From positions 248,001 to 312,000 of the forward strand of contig QPGO01000107.1 of NCBI GenBank assembly GCA_008632985.1: a stretch of DNA of 64,000 nt. The letters run 5' to 3'. Position numbers and translations under genes: made by a program. The stretch's first letter is position 1. Each line of letters begins with the position of its first letter. Positions 25,401 through 38,000 of this stretch are shown piece after piece. A model generated the notes under the pieces. It was given only the letters and a program-made list of their open reading frames with translations. It had not been told where the DNA came from and did no database searches. This DNA is from Psammoneis japonica (Eukaryota).

Positions 25401-25833
25401 TCCTCGTGATGGGATCGCCACCCAAGAGCGGAAATGTCATCATCAAACGGTGGTGACCATGGTTCATCGCTTCTGTCATTTTTGTTGTTGGGGACCCAAG
25501 CCCAATGTTCGCTGCAGACGCACCTCGTCTGGACCGCCTCAGCCGTGGCTGTGACGAGTCATCTGATGAGGAGGAAATGTCGAGATCAACCGACCCACGT
25601 CTGCGAGAGAATTGGTTGCCAACATTGGAAGTTTTAGCCGCAACCCTTGCTGACAACTCTGGCATTGGGCAGTTTGTGACTGCCTCGCGATGTGACAAGT
25701 TGGACATCTCTTGAGCAAATGAAAAACACAGCGGGCAGTGATGGAAATGGGTGAGCATCCGTTTGAAGGATCGTTTGCAACGGGGACATGCCGCCACACC
25801 ATCCCCACCCTGCCAACCACCGTTTCCTTCCAT
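22410..25833 (-). pseudogene. Plavaka transposase
   Basis: TIYVDKT..GEPV..WRVLGCIPDL..CHKVLATMLQPL; INGDAKSGDCLVGRC; DMMHLFENG; GWKLQKLHELLH..NFDAGLGE. Broken by stops and frameshifts. Confidence 0.82.
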
Positions 25834-25892
25834 TCATTGCTGCAGCAGGTTTGTGGGCTACCCAAACACATGTGTGTTCAAAATGGCAGCAC

Positions 25893-27611
25893 CGGTTCAG
25901 TTCGTGAACAGTGAGACAGTTTGGGCGGCAAGGAAGGAAAAAACGACACAAATTGGCGCGAAAACATGGGTGCATTGTGCTCTTCCCATCAATGAAAACA
26001 TCAACAGGTGAGAATGAATCAAGGTGCGTTGGGATCATTGACAACTTTGAGCATGAACAACTGATTGCAAAGGTTGTTTTTCTACGGAAAGGAGAAAATA
26101 AGTTGTGACGTGATAAGCCGTGATGTGTTACAGCGAGAAGTCCAGGAGGGGTGCACCCACACCCACTGCAGCACCAGACACAAACGTTGCAATCAACAAT
26201 GAATGCTGTTGCACAAAATGACCGCTTGATGGCACATTGGCCAAACGACCACTGGAGGAGATTTGAAAGTTTGACAATCATGACGGCAGATGGAAGGCAA
26301 CAAATCATGGAATCGGAGCACGAGGCGGCTTTTGATGAATTGGATCATTTGACAGAAAGTTTGCCACAAGGTGGATGGTGCTTTCTGATGACACGGGCAC
26401 AGCTTTGATCGAGTTTGAGAGCGGCACACATGCGGTTGACCCGCACCTACGCCGTGACGCGATGGACCTGCATCGCATGATGAATGAGGACGACATCGAA
26501 GGGAGGTGGCAGGAACTGTGGAAGCAGAGGTGCAACTGCATGGTTTGGCTGCACGAACATGTGAGTGATTGGAGCACAGAAGCAATTGAGTGCATGCACG
26601 CCAGCACAGGCATGATCTCAATTCACGACAACCTGAACTGGTTGAATGGCATCGTCAACCGTGGGATTGATGCCCACCATTGCCCGGAGCATTGGGACTG
26701 CGTCGCGACTCACCAAGACAGGCAAGGAAGGATGTGCTGTGTCTGCAGTGCTCTGCACAATGAAGGAGAGAAAGAGCTGAGGGATGAATTTGCAGTGGGT
26801 GCGTGTGATGATGCAAAACTGGCCATTGACAGGGGAGACATTTCGAGATTGAGACGGAATTCGAGCGTCAGCATGCCGACCTGTGGCATGGACGAGACAG
26901 GCACTTGTGGACCGTTGGGAGAAACATCAGCAAGGGGAGGCACATGCGGACTTGTAATGGACAAGAAGGGAGTTGTTTACGATGCATTAAAATTGGCGAA
27001 GTGGTTCCAGCGTGACATCGTGCAAAGACAACCATGAAAGACTTTGGCTCTGTGAGCAAATGGAGTTCTTCAGGTCATCTCCAGGGACAGTCAATGAATG
27101 GATGCTGGACATCATCCGGAAGGAGGATGGTGAGCGGGAGAAATTTCAAAGCAGGAGAAAGGAAAAGCGTTGAGTGGAGAGACGTCGTCGCGTTGAAGTT
27201 AACGAATTCGTGAGAATGGTCGGAGCGGAGACGAGGGCTTTCACCCACATGACTGACTGTTCCGACAGCGGGCGACACATCAGGTTTCGAGTTACGAAGT
27301 TAGAGGGTGATGACCATTTGGACTGGAAAAAACGATTTGGCGCCAAAAAGGATGGATGTGCTTGGGCCCCAACAGCGAACCAGAGTGACGTTAAAGCAGG
27401 TGAGGGGTGTGTTCATTGCAGTGAAAACAACTTTTACAGGCACACGTTTCACAATGATGTTTTGAACAAAATGCTTTTGCAAGCAATTTGCACCATGGAA
27501 GTGGATTTCGAAATTGCAGCAAAAGAGAGGTTTGAACTGGAATTCGCAATGATTCAAAATTTTCACAAGACAACAAGGAGTGGCAAAATGAACAAATTGT
27601 GTGCCATTTAA
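25893..27611 (+). pseudogene. Further Plavaka cargo ORFs of unknown function
   Basis: Protein-like ORFs 26151-26408, 26375-27037 and 27174-27611, divergent from the transposase and inside the TIRs. Confidence 0.4.
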
Positions 27612-27762
27612 AAATTTGGTTAATTCTCCATTGTGTTGCATTGGAGAAAAAGGAATCATTGTTGGCAACTGTGAGATTTTTAGCATTAAAGAGAGGTTTG
27701 AAAATTTTCCAACGGCGAAAACAACTGGGACACAAGGCATGGAGCCACCCACAATTGGCAAC

Positions 27763-28994
27763 AATGGCAAGGAATGAGAAGAAAGGAACTGTGGGGGTGG
27801 CTGGAGATCAACCAACAAGCCCAAGGCCAGCTGCAGCATTGGTGCGGGTGGGAGCCACTGGCGATCACCAGTCTGTGAAGAGAGAGGTAGAAGAGGTGGC
27901 ACAGAAGGAACTTTTCCCAAAGGCAAAATTCCTTGTCAAGGCAGACATGGCAAGCAGTGGCAAAGTGTCGCGGCTCATCAGGAAAAAGATGGCCGGAGGC
28001 AATTGCAGCAAGCGAGAATGGGCGGGAGCGTGGGAAGACTGGGCAAAGAAGTGCGTCATGCATGCAATTGATGCAAAAAGGAGCACGGTCACTCAGGCGA
28101 TCAAGAACAATGCAACGGCTGGTGGCAAGTGTTTTGTGGTGCATGGCATGTTGAGTTTAGTTGCACTTGACACAGCTGCACCTTTGTTTGCTGAAGTCGT
28201 GTTGACAGAGAATGAAGCAGAGGAGATGCGCAGTCAGAAGGAGCCAGCAGCAAAGGGTGGACGTGGGAAGAAGAGCAAGAAGAGGAAGAAGAATGATTGC
28301 ACGGAAGAGGAAGAGCCGTTCCTGGTTGACTTGGGGGGAGGAGACAGTGACAACGATTGTGGAGGACAAGCGCAAGAACAAGGAAGCACATGCTTGGTTC
28401 TACGAAAACATCCTGAAATTCACAAAGAGCACCACCACATGGAGAAGGAAGGCAGAGTCGGGTGAGATGAAGGCAACCGGTCTGGCTGCAGCGAGCAACG
28501 AGGCTCTAGCGCTGTTGACATTGGAAAACTGCTGGAAGAGTTGGGAGCACAAGGCACGTCATGACAAGACTGTTGCAGCAGGGGGAGGTTCGGACGAAGA
28601 AGATGAGGAAGAGTCAGAACCAACACCCAAGTGCACGGACCCGTCGAGGCAACGAGACTCCTGGAAGGATGCAGGGATCAAGCGATTCAATGAACTGATG
28701 GCGGAAGTAAAGAAAGACAGGTTCAGTGAGGAGGGCATGCAGTTCAACACATGGTGCAGCGAAGGCAAGAAAAGGAAGAGTGACGAAAGAGGCAAGGGAT
28801 CAAAAAGAAAGAAAAAGCCGGTGGAGGAGGCAAGAACACAGGCAACGACAGAGCTTTCAAGTGACGATGAGGAGAAGGAGGAAGAGGTGACGGACGAGAA
28901 CAGAGGAGACAAGGACAGCGAGGAAGAGGAGGAGGAAAGTGATGCGGGCAGCGATGCGAATGTAGATGCAGAGGATGAGCGAGCTGCGGTGTGA
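27763..28994 (+). pseudogene. Plavaka-associated accessory protein with acidic tail
   Basis: KELFPKAKF..; EALALLTLENCWKSW..KCT..WKDAGIKRFNELMAEVKKDR, a motif set I associate with partner genes of these transposases. Confidence 0.65.
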
Positions 28995-29761
28995 AAAGGT
29001 GGCGGAGGCTTTTGTTGGTGTGACAATGGAAAGAGGACAAGCAATGCAGTGGGTTTCAATGCTGACAGTTATGAGGTTTAATGAAGTGTTTTGGGAATCG
29101 TTGGTTTGTGACATAACCTTTCGTTTGCCAACCAGTGCACACAATGGAACCAGTGCATGCAACACAAGGTTCTTAAACCAATGCAACGCAATGATGGCAT
29201 TAATTTGTCATCAACTAAAACATTGTGAACATCGCTTTCAAAAGGTAAAAAGTGACGGAATTCTGATGGTCAAGGGAGGGGTCCCACAGGTAAAGGAGGG
29301 GTCCCATGGTGAAAAATGGCACACTGTGACATGCAACAAAAAATCACGTTCTACACAACTCTCTCAAAAGGACACCTTTACATTTACACGTGCAATGGCA
29401 TTAAAAATTGCCCACAAGAAGGGTGGTCAGGATCACCATGTTTCGCGCTCTGATGTAGAGAGAAGAAGTGGGAGCTAGATTGGGGATTTGCAATGGGCAA
29501 GTCTGATCACAAGTGCTTTCTCTCTCTCTGGAGAGCTGCTGCACGAAGCGCAGTTGGACGCAGCAGGAACTGGCGCTGTTGGCCTCCAAGAGCATTGAAA
29601 AATGGCCCTGTTTTAGGATGGTTGCTGTCCAAACAGTTGCACTTTAATGAAAAAGGTGCAGCTTGTGCTCAAAAATGTTGCCCTGCAGTCTTCATCTTGG
29701 ATCGCACTCTGTTGCCCTGCCACAAGCTGCAGAAAGCAGTTTGTCCAGAGCACGAAAGAGC

Positions 29762-30460
29762 TCAATGGTGTGAGCCAACTGTTTCTCTGTTTCCCTCCCC
29801 TGAAACACAGAGTTGACATTTTAAGCTGTCTGACCACTCCTCCAAGCATGCTTGCGCAAGAGTCAGCAGTGGCTTGGGGCCCTTTCTTTGCCAGAGCATG
29901 AGGTTTGGGGTCAGAGCATTGGGGGCAGTCACTCCAGTGCTGTGTGAATTGCTTGTTGTGGAGCTGGGGGGTGTTTGCTTGTCACCCCCAACTTTGACTT
30001 TGATGTGTTGAAATGTTGTCACAAGGTCTTTGAGGAGCAGATGCCATTGGAGCATTTGTCGTGCATTTGGTGCTCTGAACATCACTTTTTTGTGTTTGGC
30101 ACAGACAGCAACATCAGCTCCAAGCAGCACAGATTGAAACTTCTTGAAACAAAGGACAACAGAGAGCATTTCTTTGTCCACAGTTGGGCAGTTCATTTGC
30201 ATGCTGTTGAGTTTGCGGACCAACACATGATCAACTTGCAGCTCTGTGGGCTGTTGCTGCTCCCCCAGTTGACAATCACTTGCATCTGCACAAATCTGAA
30301 CAGGAAGGTTGTGGTCAGGACTGGCAAGCAGCATGTCACCTTCACCTGTGCAGAAGTGCTTGTCCAATCACTTGGGCAAAATTGTGAGGCTGTTTTGTGC
30401 AGAACACATGCACATGCAATGGCAAGACATGTGAAGCTTGAAACCTTGTGCAGATTCAAT
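29762..30460 (-). pseudogene. Old Gypsy RT/RNase H relic
   Basis: LLASPDHNLPVQICADASDCQLG..RKLNSMQMNCPTVDKEMLSVV..LLGA. Confidence 0.8.
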
Positions 30461-31699
30461 CACAGGCAGTGCTGTGCAGCTCCGTCCCACACAGCCCCTT
30501 CATGCCTGATGTGTCAATCTCAAAATGGCCAGCTGAGTCATGACTCATTTGTGCACAAACTCAGAAAACCTGCCACAGGCTCACACCACAGGAAAAGTCA
30601 CATTGCTTCAGTGCAACATTGTGCTTGTGCACAATCAGCCATCAGCTGCAGACAGCCTGCAGATGCATGAAAGCACAGCATCACCAGTGGCTGCTGAAGA
30701 GATGCCTGCTGCATTTGCTCCCATGGCAAGGTCAGCTGAGTTGCAAAAGGTCCTGCCAAAGCAGGCTGCAACCTGATGCACACTTTGCACAACCACCCCA
30801 GTGCACCCTCTTGCACACAAAGGGTGCCATTGTCATCAACTTAAACAACTGCCACAGCCAGCCCTGCACAACTGCCAGTGCCACATTTTGTCTGTTGCCC
30901 CTGCTTGATGAGCAAAAGCTGTTCTTTCACTTGCTGGTGCTCCTTTTATTCAGAGTTTTTGCATTTGTCATTCAAGTGGATCCATTTCTGCACTCTGTTC
31001 TGTGCAAGCCTGCACTTTGTGTGATGGGCAATGGACAAAATTGCATCATGCATCAGGGGCCCAAAGCTGTTGGTCCTCCTGCCAACAGATGACCAGACTT
31101 CAGTCTCCACAAATGTGTGAGAGAAAAAGCACAAATCTGTTTCTTGACAAATCAGTCAGATTTGTGACAAATCCCCCCAATTCATGATGAACTGGGGGAT
31201 TTGAATGTGAACAAACATGTCCTTCATTTCCAACAAATGTCATGGGTTCAAATCAAGAACATGTCATCCCAGTGAGTTTCACATCACTCAACAAGTTGAT
31301 GACACAGCAGCACTCAATTGATGCCATCTGAAAAGCAACTGACATTCAACAGGTTGACTTGTTGATTCCTCAACTTCTGTTTTGGGGTGCATCTGTCAAA
31401 ATCATTTCCAATCTCTGGTTTGCATTGCAATTTTCCAATTGAGTTTTGCTCTCATTTTGCACAATGCTGCTGCTGCTGTGTGGTTTGCATCTGCCAAATC
31501 TCCATCAACTCCAGTTCATGTGCCTTGGTGCATTTAACCACATGATTGCATTCACTGTCAGACTTGTCATTCCCACCCTCCCATTGTTTTCTGTGGTTCG
31601 CCACAATCTTCTTGTGCAAATCCTCCCATCAGCCCAGCCACTCACTTGCAACATCTTGTTTGATTTCCATGACCAACTTTTCAAAGTCTTCTTTGCTTT

Positions 31700-32780
31700 T
31701 GGCAACCACCCCTGTTCTTCCTGGGTGTCTTGCTTCATCTCCTGGCTGTGCCTTCCTCTGCTGGTGCTCTGTTGGAGTTCCTTGCCATTGAGTGCTTGAG
31801 TCATCTCATGCACCTTGTCTCTTCTTGGTGCCACACTCCTTTCCTGGCAGTGCCTTGTTGCTCTCTAGTTCATTGGCAACTTCAATCAAAGTGAGCATGT
31901 GCTCCTGTGTCTTCTGCTCTGTTTGCACCTTCTTGATGTTCTCATTGCAACTTTTGTGAGACTTCCAACTCTCTTCCTTGAACTTGTTTGCTGGCTCCTG
32001 CACCATTCCTTGTTCTGCAGGCTCTTCTGGGTCTTTCTTGAACAATGTTTGTGTGCTCGAGTTGTTGTCTGCATTTTCATGCTCTGCAACAGCCAGTTCT
32101 GTCATGATGCATTCACAAAAGCAAGCCCTTCCTTCTGGTTGGGTTTTTTCATTGTCAATCTCCACGTTGCAGTCTGACATCAACATGCTGTCCATGTTGT
32201 TGCTCTTGCACTCTGCGTGCCACACATCAAAGTTGTTCTTCATCAGGAGCATGTGGGCAAACACTTTGGCACGCAACATGCCCATCCTTTTTGTGTCGTC
32301 ACATGGGCTCCTTTTCCAACAATTCTCTCCTGCAACAGGTCTCAACAGCCAGAGGTGGTTGCAGGATATCACGTGCAATGTTGGGTTTGACAAGCGCTCC
32401 TGGAATTGTTCTGTCAACGGCAAGATGCAATTTTTTTTTTCATCTGCCATGCACACTTGCTGTAACATCTGTCCTGCTTGCTGAGCCTCCTGACAAGCAT
32501 TGGATCACTTTAGCACCAGCCACTCCTGATGCAACCTGTTTTGTTTAATCTTCATCCACAGGAAATGCAGGTGTGAAGTTTGTTGCACCTCTGCAAGCTC
32601 TGAAAGCATCCCATCCATCAGCATCAGTCCACAGCTCTGGGCACAGTCTTTGCACAGCATTCCCGTTTCCTCTGACTGCCTTGCATCAAACACAAATGTG
32701 ATGCTGAGAAACACCTTTTCTTTCACATGGTCTCTCACCTTGATGACATCACGGCCCACCTTGTCCTTGTTGGCCATCCA
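31700..32780 (-). pseudogene. Degenerate second Plavaka accessory-gene relic
   Basis: DHVKEKVFLSITFV and VFAHMLLMKNNFDVW resemble 27763-28994. Confidence 0.4.
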
Positions 32781-32799
32781 TTGAGCTGGGTTGATTTCT

Positions 32800-33052
32800 T
32801 GTGATGCAAGACTTGGATCACAGTTCCGCTCCTGCCACCAAGAATGATGTTGCCAGCAGAAGACACGTCATTTCCGAAGAACACCTGATAAAATCCGTCT
32901 CCGTGGCGGCAGCAGCATCCATCACCGCACTTGTGTGTTAGATTCATTTGGCACTCTGAACCACATGCAACATGGAACGTTTCTGTAAGGAACTGAAGCT
33001 GGATGTTGTAAGTACCTTCTGCAACTGCGGCACACACTGGCATCAACAACAT
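32800..33052 (-). pseudogene. Fragment of an extracellular GDGxCC-type domain gene
   Basis: CGDGCCCRHGDGFYQV, consistent with YGDGxCCxYGxGxYxV after Tyr>Cys/His change. Confidence 0.45.
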
Positions 33053-33143
33053 TCATCGAAGGTCCTGCCTGTTAGCTAACACAAATTGTTGGTAAAACAA
33101 TTGGCAGACAATGTGCACGGATTTGTAAAGTAAATTTATGTTA

Positions 33144-34418
33144 TTAGTCACCAGCACCTTCATCGCTATCCTCCTCGTCGTCCTCCAAGGCATTTTCGAA
33201 TTGTTCTCTAAGATATCGCAGGTCAATCGACAAATCTTCAATCTCACCATCTTCAATCCCATCCAGCAAATACGGACGATTCCCGCCCACCTGTGTTTCC
33301 TTCGTGACCTTGTACAATACCCCTGCGTACGGAATGGTGATTGCATATGATGCCGGGGCGACACTCTCGTTAGCAGGGCAACGGCGCCACTGGTCGAGAT
33401 TGACACCCACGAGTCGGTCACAACGGTGCTCAAGAAAATCATTCTTGTGGTCATCAGAGAGATCAATGGACCCAAAACTGACGGCATCAACAACTGAAAT
33501 GTCGTTGGACGACGGACTTTCCTTTCCCCACAACACAATAGCAGCTTCATAGTCTTTGTTGTCATCTGGCTCATAAAACTTGGCCGCAAGAAACAATCTT
33601 GTGTAATTGTCACTCAGGTACTTTTTTCCGCGTTGGCGAACTTCAACCGGGTCTCTATTCTTGTATTCGACCTCCCAAATCAATCGTGAGTATGGCAGAC
33701 CCTTCTTGCACTTATCCATGTCTCGTCCTGCACGGTCCCTGAATTTCTTTCTCGGATAGATGGATTTGTCCGGCTGGAAGTGCCCGTAACCACCCGAGCT
33801 TTGCCCTGTGGCAAAGTATTTTTGTAAAATAGGAAACCGACGTCTCCAAACCCCAAAGAGATCAGCGAACGCCCCGTCGATACTTCCGTGTTCCGGTCCA
33901 GGCATGTACGTGATGAACAGAGCGGCACCGTTCTTGGAGTCCGCAAGTCCGCGAACGAGCAAAAATCGAGCAGGAACCATGTCCTCGGTTGGTTCCCAAT
34001 CCTCGCTTACTCCTGTAGCAACAAGTACCACCGAAGGTTCTACTGTGGTTGTTTTCGTTCCCGCTGTGGTAGCCTTGCCTCCTCGTGCTCTCCCTCCATA
34101 ACGATTACCGAATTCCACGAACGCCTCCTGAAACTGCTTGGGTGGTACCTTGCCGTTTTGTGAGACGTAGTGTTTGTAGCTTGGGCCAGGCGTCAAGTAG
34201 GACATTTTCGATCGCTCTTCTTCTTGCTGAACCCATTTCTTCGCTTCCTCTTGCAGCCCGAAGGCAGCGTCCGCCGAATTTTGCAGCACAGTACTTTCAC
34301 TTGCTCTGGTGTCGCAATGTCCATTCTCACCCCCGCATATCTGATTCTGTACCTTTTGACGCTTGTTCAAGTGAGATACTCCTGTTGACGTGGATTCTGG
34401 TTGAGCAAGCGAGGTCAT
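33144..34418 (-). CDS. Uma2-like PD-(D/E)XK restriction-endonuclease-fold protein, intact and intronless
   Basis: 424 aa: ITYMPGPEHG..FQPDKSIYP..PYSRLIWEVEYKN..KKYL. Normal Tyr content. Confidence 0.68.
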   Translation of the reverse strand: MTSLAQPESTSTGVSHLNKRQKVQNQICGGENGHCDTRASESTVLQNSADAAFGLQEEAKKWVQQEEERSKMSYLTPGPSYKHYVSQNGKVPPKQFQEAFVEFGNRYGGRARGGKATTAGTKTTTVEPSVVLVATGVSEDWEPTEDMVPARFLLVRGLADSKNGAALFITYMPGPEHGSIDGAFADLFGVWRRRFPILQKYFATGQSSGGYGHFQPDKSIYPRKKFRDRAGRDMDKCKKGLPYSRLIWEVEYKNRDPVEVRQRGKKYLSDNYTRLFLAAKFYEPDDNKDYEAAIVLWGKESPSSNDISVVDAVSFGSIDLSDDHKNDFLEHRCDRLVGVNLDQWRRCPANESVAPASYAITIPYAGVLYKVTKETQVGGNRPYLLDGIEDGEIEDLSIDLRYLREQFENALEDDEEDSDEGAGD

Positions 34419-35071
34419 TTTGGTGCTCTTGTTGCGCTACCAGCATTGCTTCTTCCATCTGTTTTGGTTTTGTCGATGATGATTTCTTTCGTTGCGAGTT
34501 GCGAAAGGAGAAAGGAGAGAGGAACCGCTTCCAGCTTTGTTTGTTGTCGAGCAGAACGGGGGATGGACAGACGGGTTCTCTCCCGTGCGCGCGCGCGGCG
34601 CTATCGCTGCTACCGGTAGCCATGCCATCCATGCAGCAGCGCAGCCACACTCTCCATCGTGAGTCTATGCGTCGACCGTTCTTCGCGCGCGCGCTCGCAC
34701 GCACCCGAAGGTCTCCTCATAGACTCTCGCGGAAGTAAGACGGACGATGTACCAGGGTCGTATGTAGGCCGTTTGTTACGGTGCCGTTTTTCCGGAATAG
34801 ATTTGGCAACTTTCAGAAGAAGTAACCCGAAAGTTCTGTGAAAGTTGATGCAAACATGGCATCACATGTCTGTGTGCACACACAACCTTGAACCGCGCCA
34901 GAATTTTTACATCATCAGATTCACCACCACCCGCAAGACTTCTGCGACACCGTGCTAAAGTTCGAGACTCTAGAGACACGGCACGGAGGAGACTGTCGTC
35001 TCACAAAAAAAGCAGACGCAGCCACACAGCTGTCACAGAAGCCACCCGCAACAACAGAGCAGCCGCGCAGC

Positions 35072-38000
35072 ATGCCCACTTCGACCCTTGAGGCACCAAT
35101 CATGAAGGCGTCTAGGGCGCCTTCTGCCATGAGTGGCGACAAGTCTGCAATCAAAACGTTTGACGCGTTTCAAGACAAAAAACAAGACAAGCCGTTTCAT
35201 GGATTGGAGGAACGTCATGTGGATGGATGCCACCTCAGGACACTTGTGATGCGCTCCAGCAAGTTCTTGTCGGGTGAGCCCATCTGTCGGCACGACAATC
35301 CCTCCAACGGGCTAGTGGGAATTGACGGAAAGCAGCGAATTTTTGGAAAGGTCAAAGAAGCGCTGAAAATGAAATTCCCCAAGCACCCTGATTGGGAAGA
35401 CGAGGACAAGTGGCACAAGCCTCTGTTCAAAGATGTGGCAAAGGCCACTGACAAAGCCAACCTCCTCAGCATGGAGCTGCACTGTGCTCGAAGAACGAGT
35501 GTAAACGAAAGTAGAGTGGTGCACGAAAAGTGGAAATTATAAGATTGAATTTTGCTCTGTGATTTTTGGTTTCTCCGAACGAGTTCTCAATGGCCCAAAG
35601 CTTCTGCACTGCTTCTACAGACAAAAGGCCTTTCGGAGAATACATTCGTGACAACAGATTGTCTGGATACGATTGCTGTTGACACGTAAGATGTCAACAT
35701 CGTCAATCGATCGTATTTGCAATTCTCGACATCCGATCAACTCTGTGTGATCGTTCTGTCCTTTGTGCGCATCCACGACTGTGGTGCGATTGACACGCAA
35801 ACAACACATGATCACAAATGTGTGTGCAACAGTCGCACGCTGCATTCGCCTCCCTGATTGCACATTAGAGTCATTTGTAAGTGGATTGTTCGACGGACAT
35901 CGACAGTGTCAACAATGTCTCCACTTTCACTGCATTGTGCCATTGGCAATGACTGTTGTTGTTTTGCATGGGCAATGTGGGGCCGTTCCAATTTCCGAAT
36001 GTCTTTTGAGAGTGACATTGTTTGTTTCTCACTTAACATGCATGTGCACAGCATTACGTCGAGCATTCTCATTGACGTTCTTGTTGACATGAACACAAGG
36101 ACTAATTGTCCTGGAGTGAGTGTTTTTCCTGACATCGATTGCACATGGCATCGTGCCCAGCACTTAATGTGCGCTCTTAATTGTGGCGTTCACTTGCTCA
36201 CTTGTGGATTTCATGTAGTTTGGCGGGCTCACTTTGTGTGCCGTGTTGCTCTGCTGCACTGCCACGTTTCATAAGCAATGACAAACGATGGTCAAAGATG
36301 TTGTGACCATTTCGTCTTGACAATCAATCCTGTGATGGTCACGAATTCCATTGTGGATTTTTTTTTTTTTTGTGCTTCAACCATCCATCAGTTGGATTTT
36401 AATCGTCATTTGGACGTTTCTTTCTGACATGCCGGTGTCATTTTGTCATTCCGAAGGCACTGGTTTCGTGCACTGAGTGGGTGAATGTCCATTTTTCTTT
36501 TCTTTTTCTAGATCTTTGGCACATCTCGTGTGTCGACATGATGCACATTTTAATGTCTTGCCTCGTACATTGTACAATGCAACCGCACGGGTGTTGTGAG
36601 ATTGTCTTTTGCCAGTGTGAAGTGGACACGTACAATGTGTGCCAATCTGTCACTGTTTTTTCCTAAATCGTCCTTTAAAAAGGCGATTTTATCCTTGTGA
36701 CATGAGCATTTTTTCGATCTCGCTCGCCTCCACGAAAAGTGTTCGTATGATGTGTCGCGTCCGACAATTTGGAGGGAATGTCTTTGTCCCGTTTTAACGG
36801 CAGGACATTGTCGTGGGATTCAATTTTCCACAGTGAGTCGGCTGATCGCGTCTGTCGCGACGATGTTCGCCTTGCCCTCGTTGTGCTCTAATTCGGGACT
36901 GAAGTTGTCAACGCATGACTTTGTCCGTTGTGTCTTGTGATCCGTGTGTGCACAAATCTGTTGGCCGAACAGCATGTTTCGGAATTTTATGAGTGTTTTC
37001 ACTGTGGACAGAAGTTCTTTTTTCCGTTGTAACGCACAACATTGAAATCCGTGCATGATGACAACATGGTTTTTGATTTGATGCGCTCCACATTTTCGGA
37101 GACTTTTCGTTCCGCACTTGTGCTTTTGCCGTTTGACCTTTGTTGAGGTGAATTTGGCCAGCATTGCACAGGAGATTGTTGAGACTGCATGTCTCGACAA
37201 CAGTGACGTATGACAACGAGATGTCGCAGTGTTCTTTACGTTTTTCTCGTGTTGCGATTGCTTGAATCGCCTCCATTTTCTCTGCAATCGATTGCATGTC
37301 GTTACGTGTGGAAGTCTTGACAGTTCATTTCAAGTTAAACAGTGAAGGACTTTTGTTGTTGGCCTTCCAAGCGACTGTTCTAGTCGTTTGAATGCCGCAC
37401 TGAGCTGTCACTTGCACAGGTGACATTTTGAAGTTGCTTTTGTCAGGCACAAACGATCACACACAGTCATTCTGACAACTTCAAACCTGTCATGAGTTCA
37501 CTCAAGTGTTGCACAAAAACATCTGGGGCTCCACAGATTCTCATTGGAAGTCCACAGTGCTCATTTTCTCCCCACGGCATGATTTTCGTGTGAGCACGAC
37601 GTGTGCTTTTTTATTTGACATGGTGGCATTCCATGTTTGAATCAAATGGATTGCACACATGAAACGTTCTTGCTTCAACAGCATTTCCTGAACATTGGGT
37701 AAAGGATGCACCACCTGCACGAACCTTGTGCCAAGCTTCTGAGTGTTGGATGCGGTCGAACTCGACCTGTTTTCTTTGGACAATGAGTCTCAGAGCAACT
37801 TGTTCAGAGCAACTTCATTCTTAAGACTTCAATCTTTCACAACAGGTCAAACTCCTTTTGATTGGACGCCTCCAAAGACTGTGACAGGAGAAGGTTCTCA
37901 TGCGTCGTGGAATCGCGTCAGATTTTCCACGATGAGATCCACTGATGCTTCCCATGCATTCGTCTGAGGAACTTTTCAAAACGATTTCAACCTCTTAAGA

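Larger units (their letters stand above)
10507..29455. mobile_element. Plavaka-type DNA transposon, ~12.6 kb without the nested Gypsy
   Basis: Imperfect TIRs: CATCAGAGGCCGCAACACAGTG (10507) vs reverse complement CATCAGAGCGCGAAACATGGTG (ending 29455), both flanked by TA (10505-06, 29456-57). Contains a Plavaka transposase and partner gene. Confidence 0.8.
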
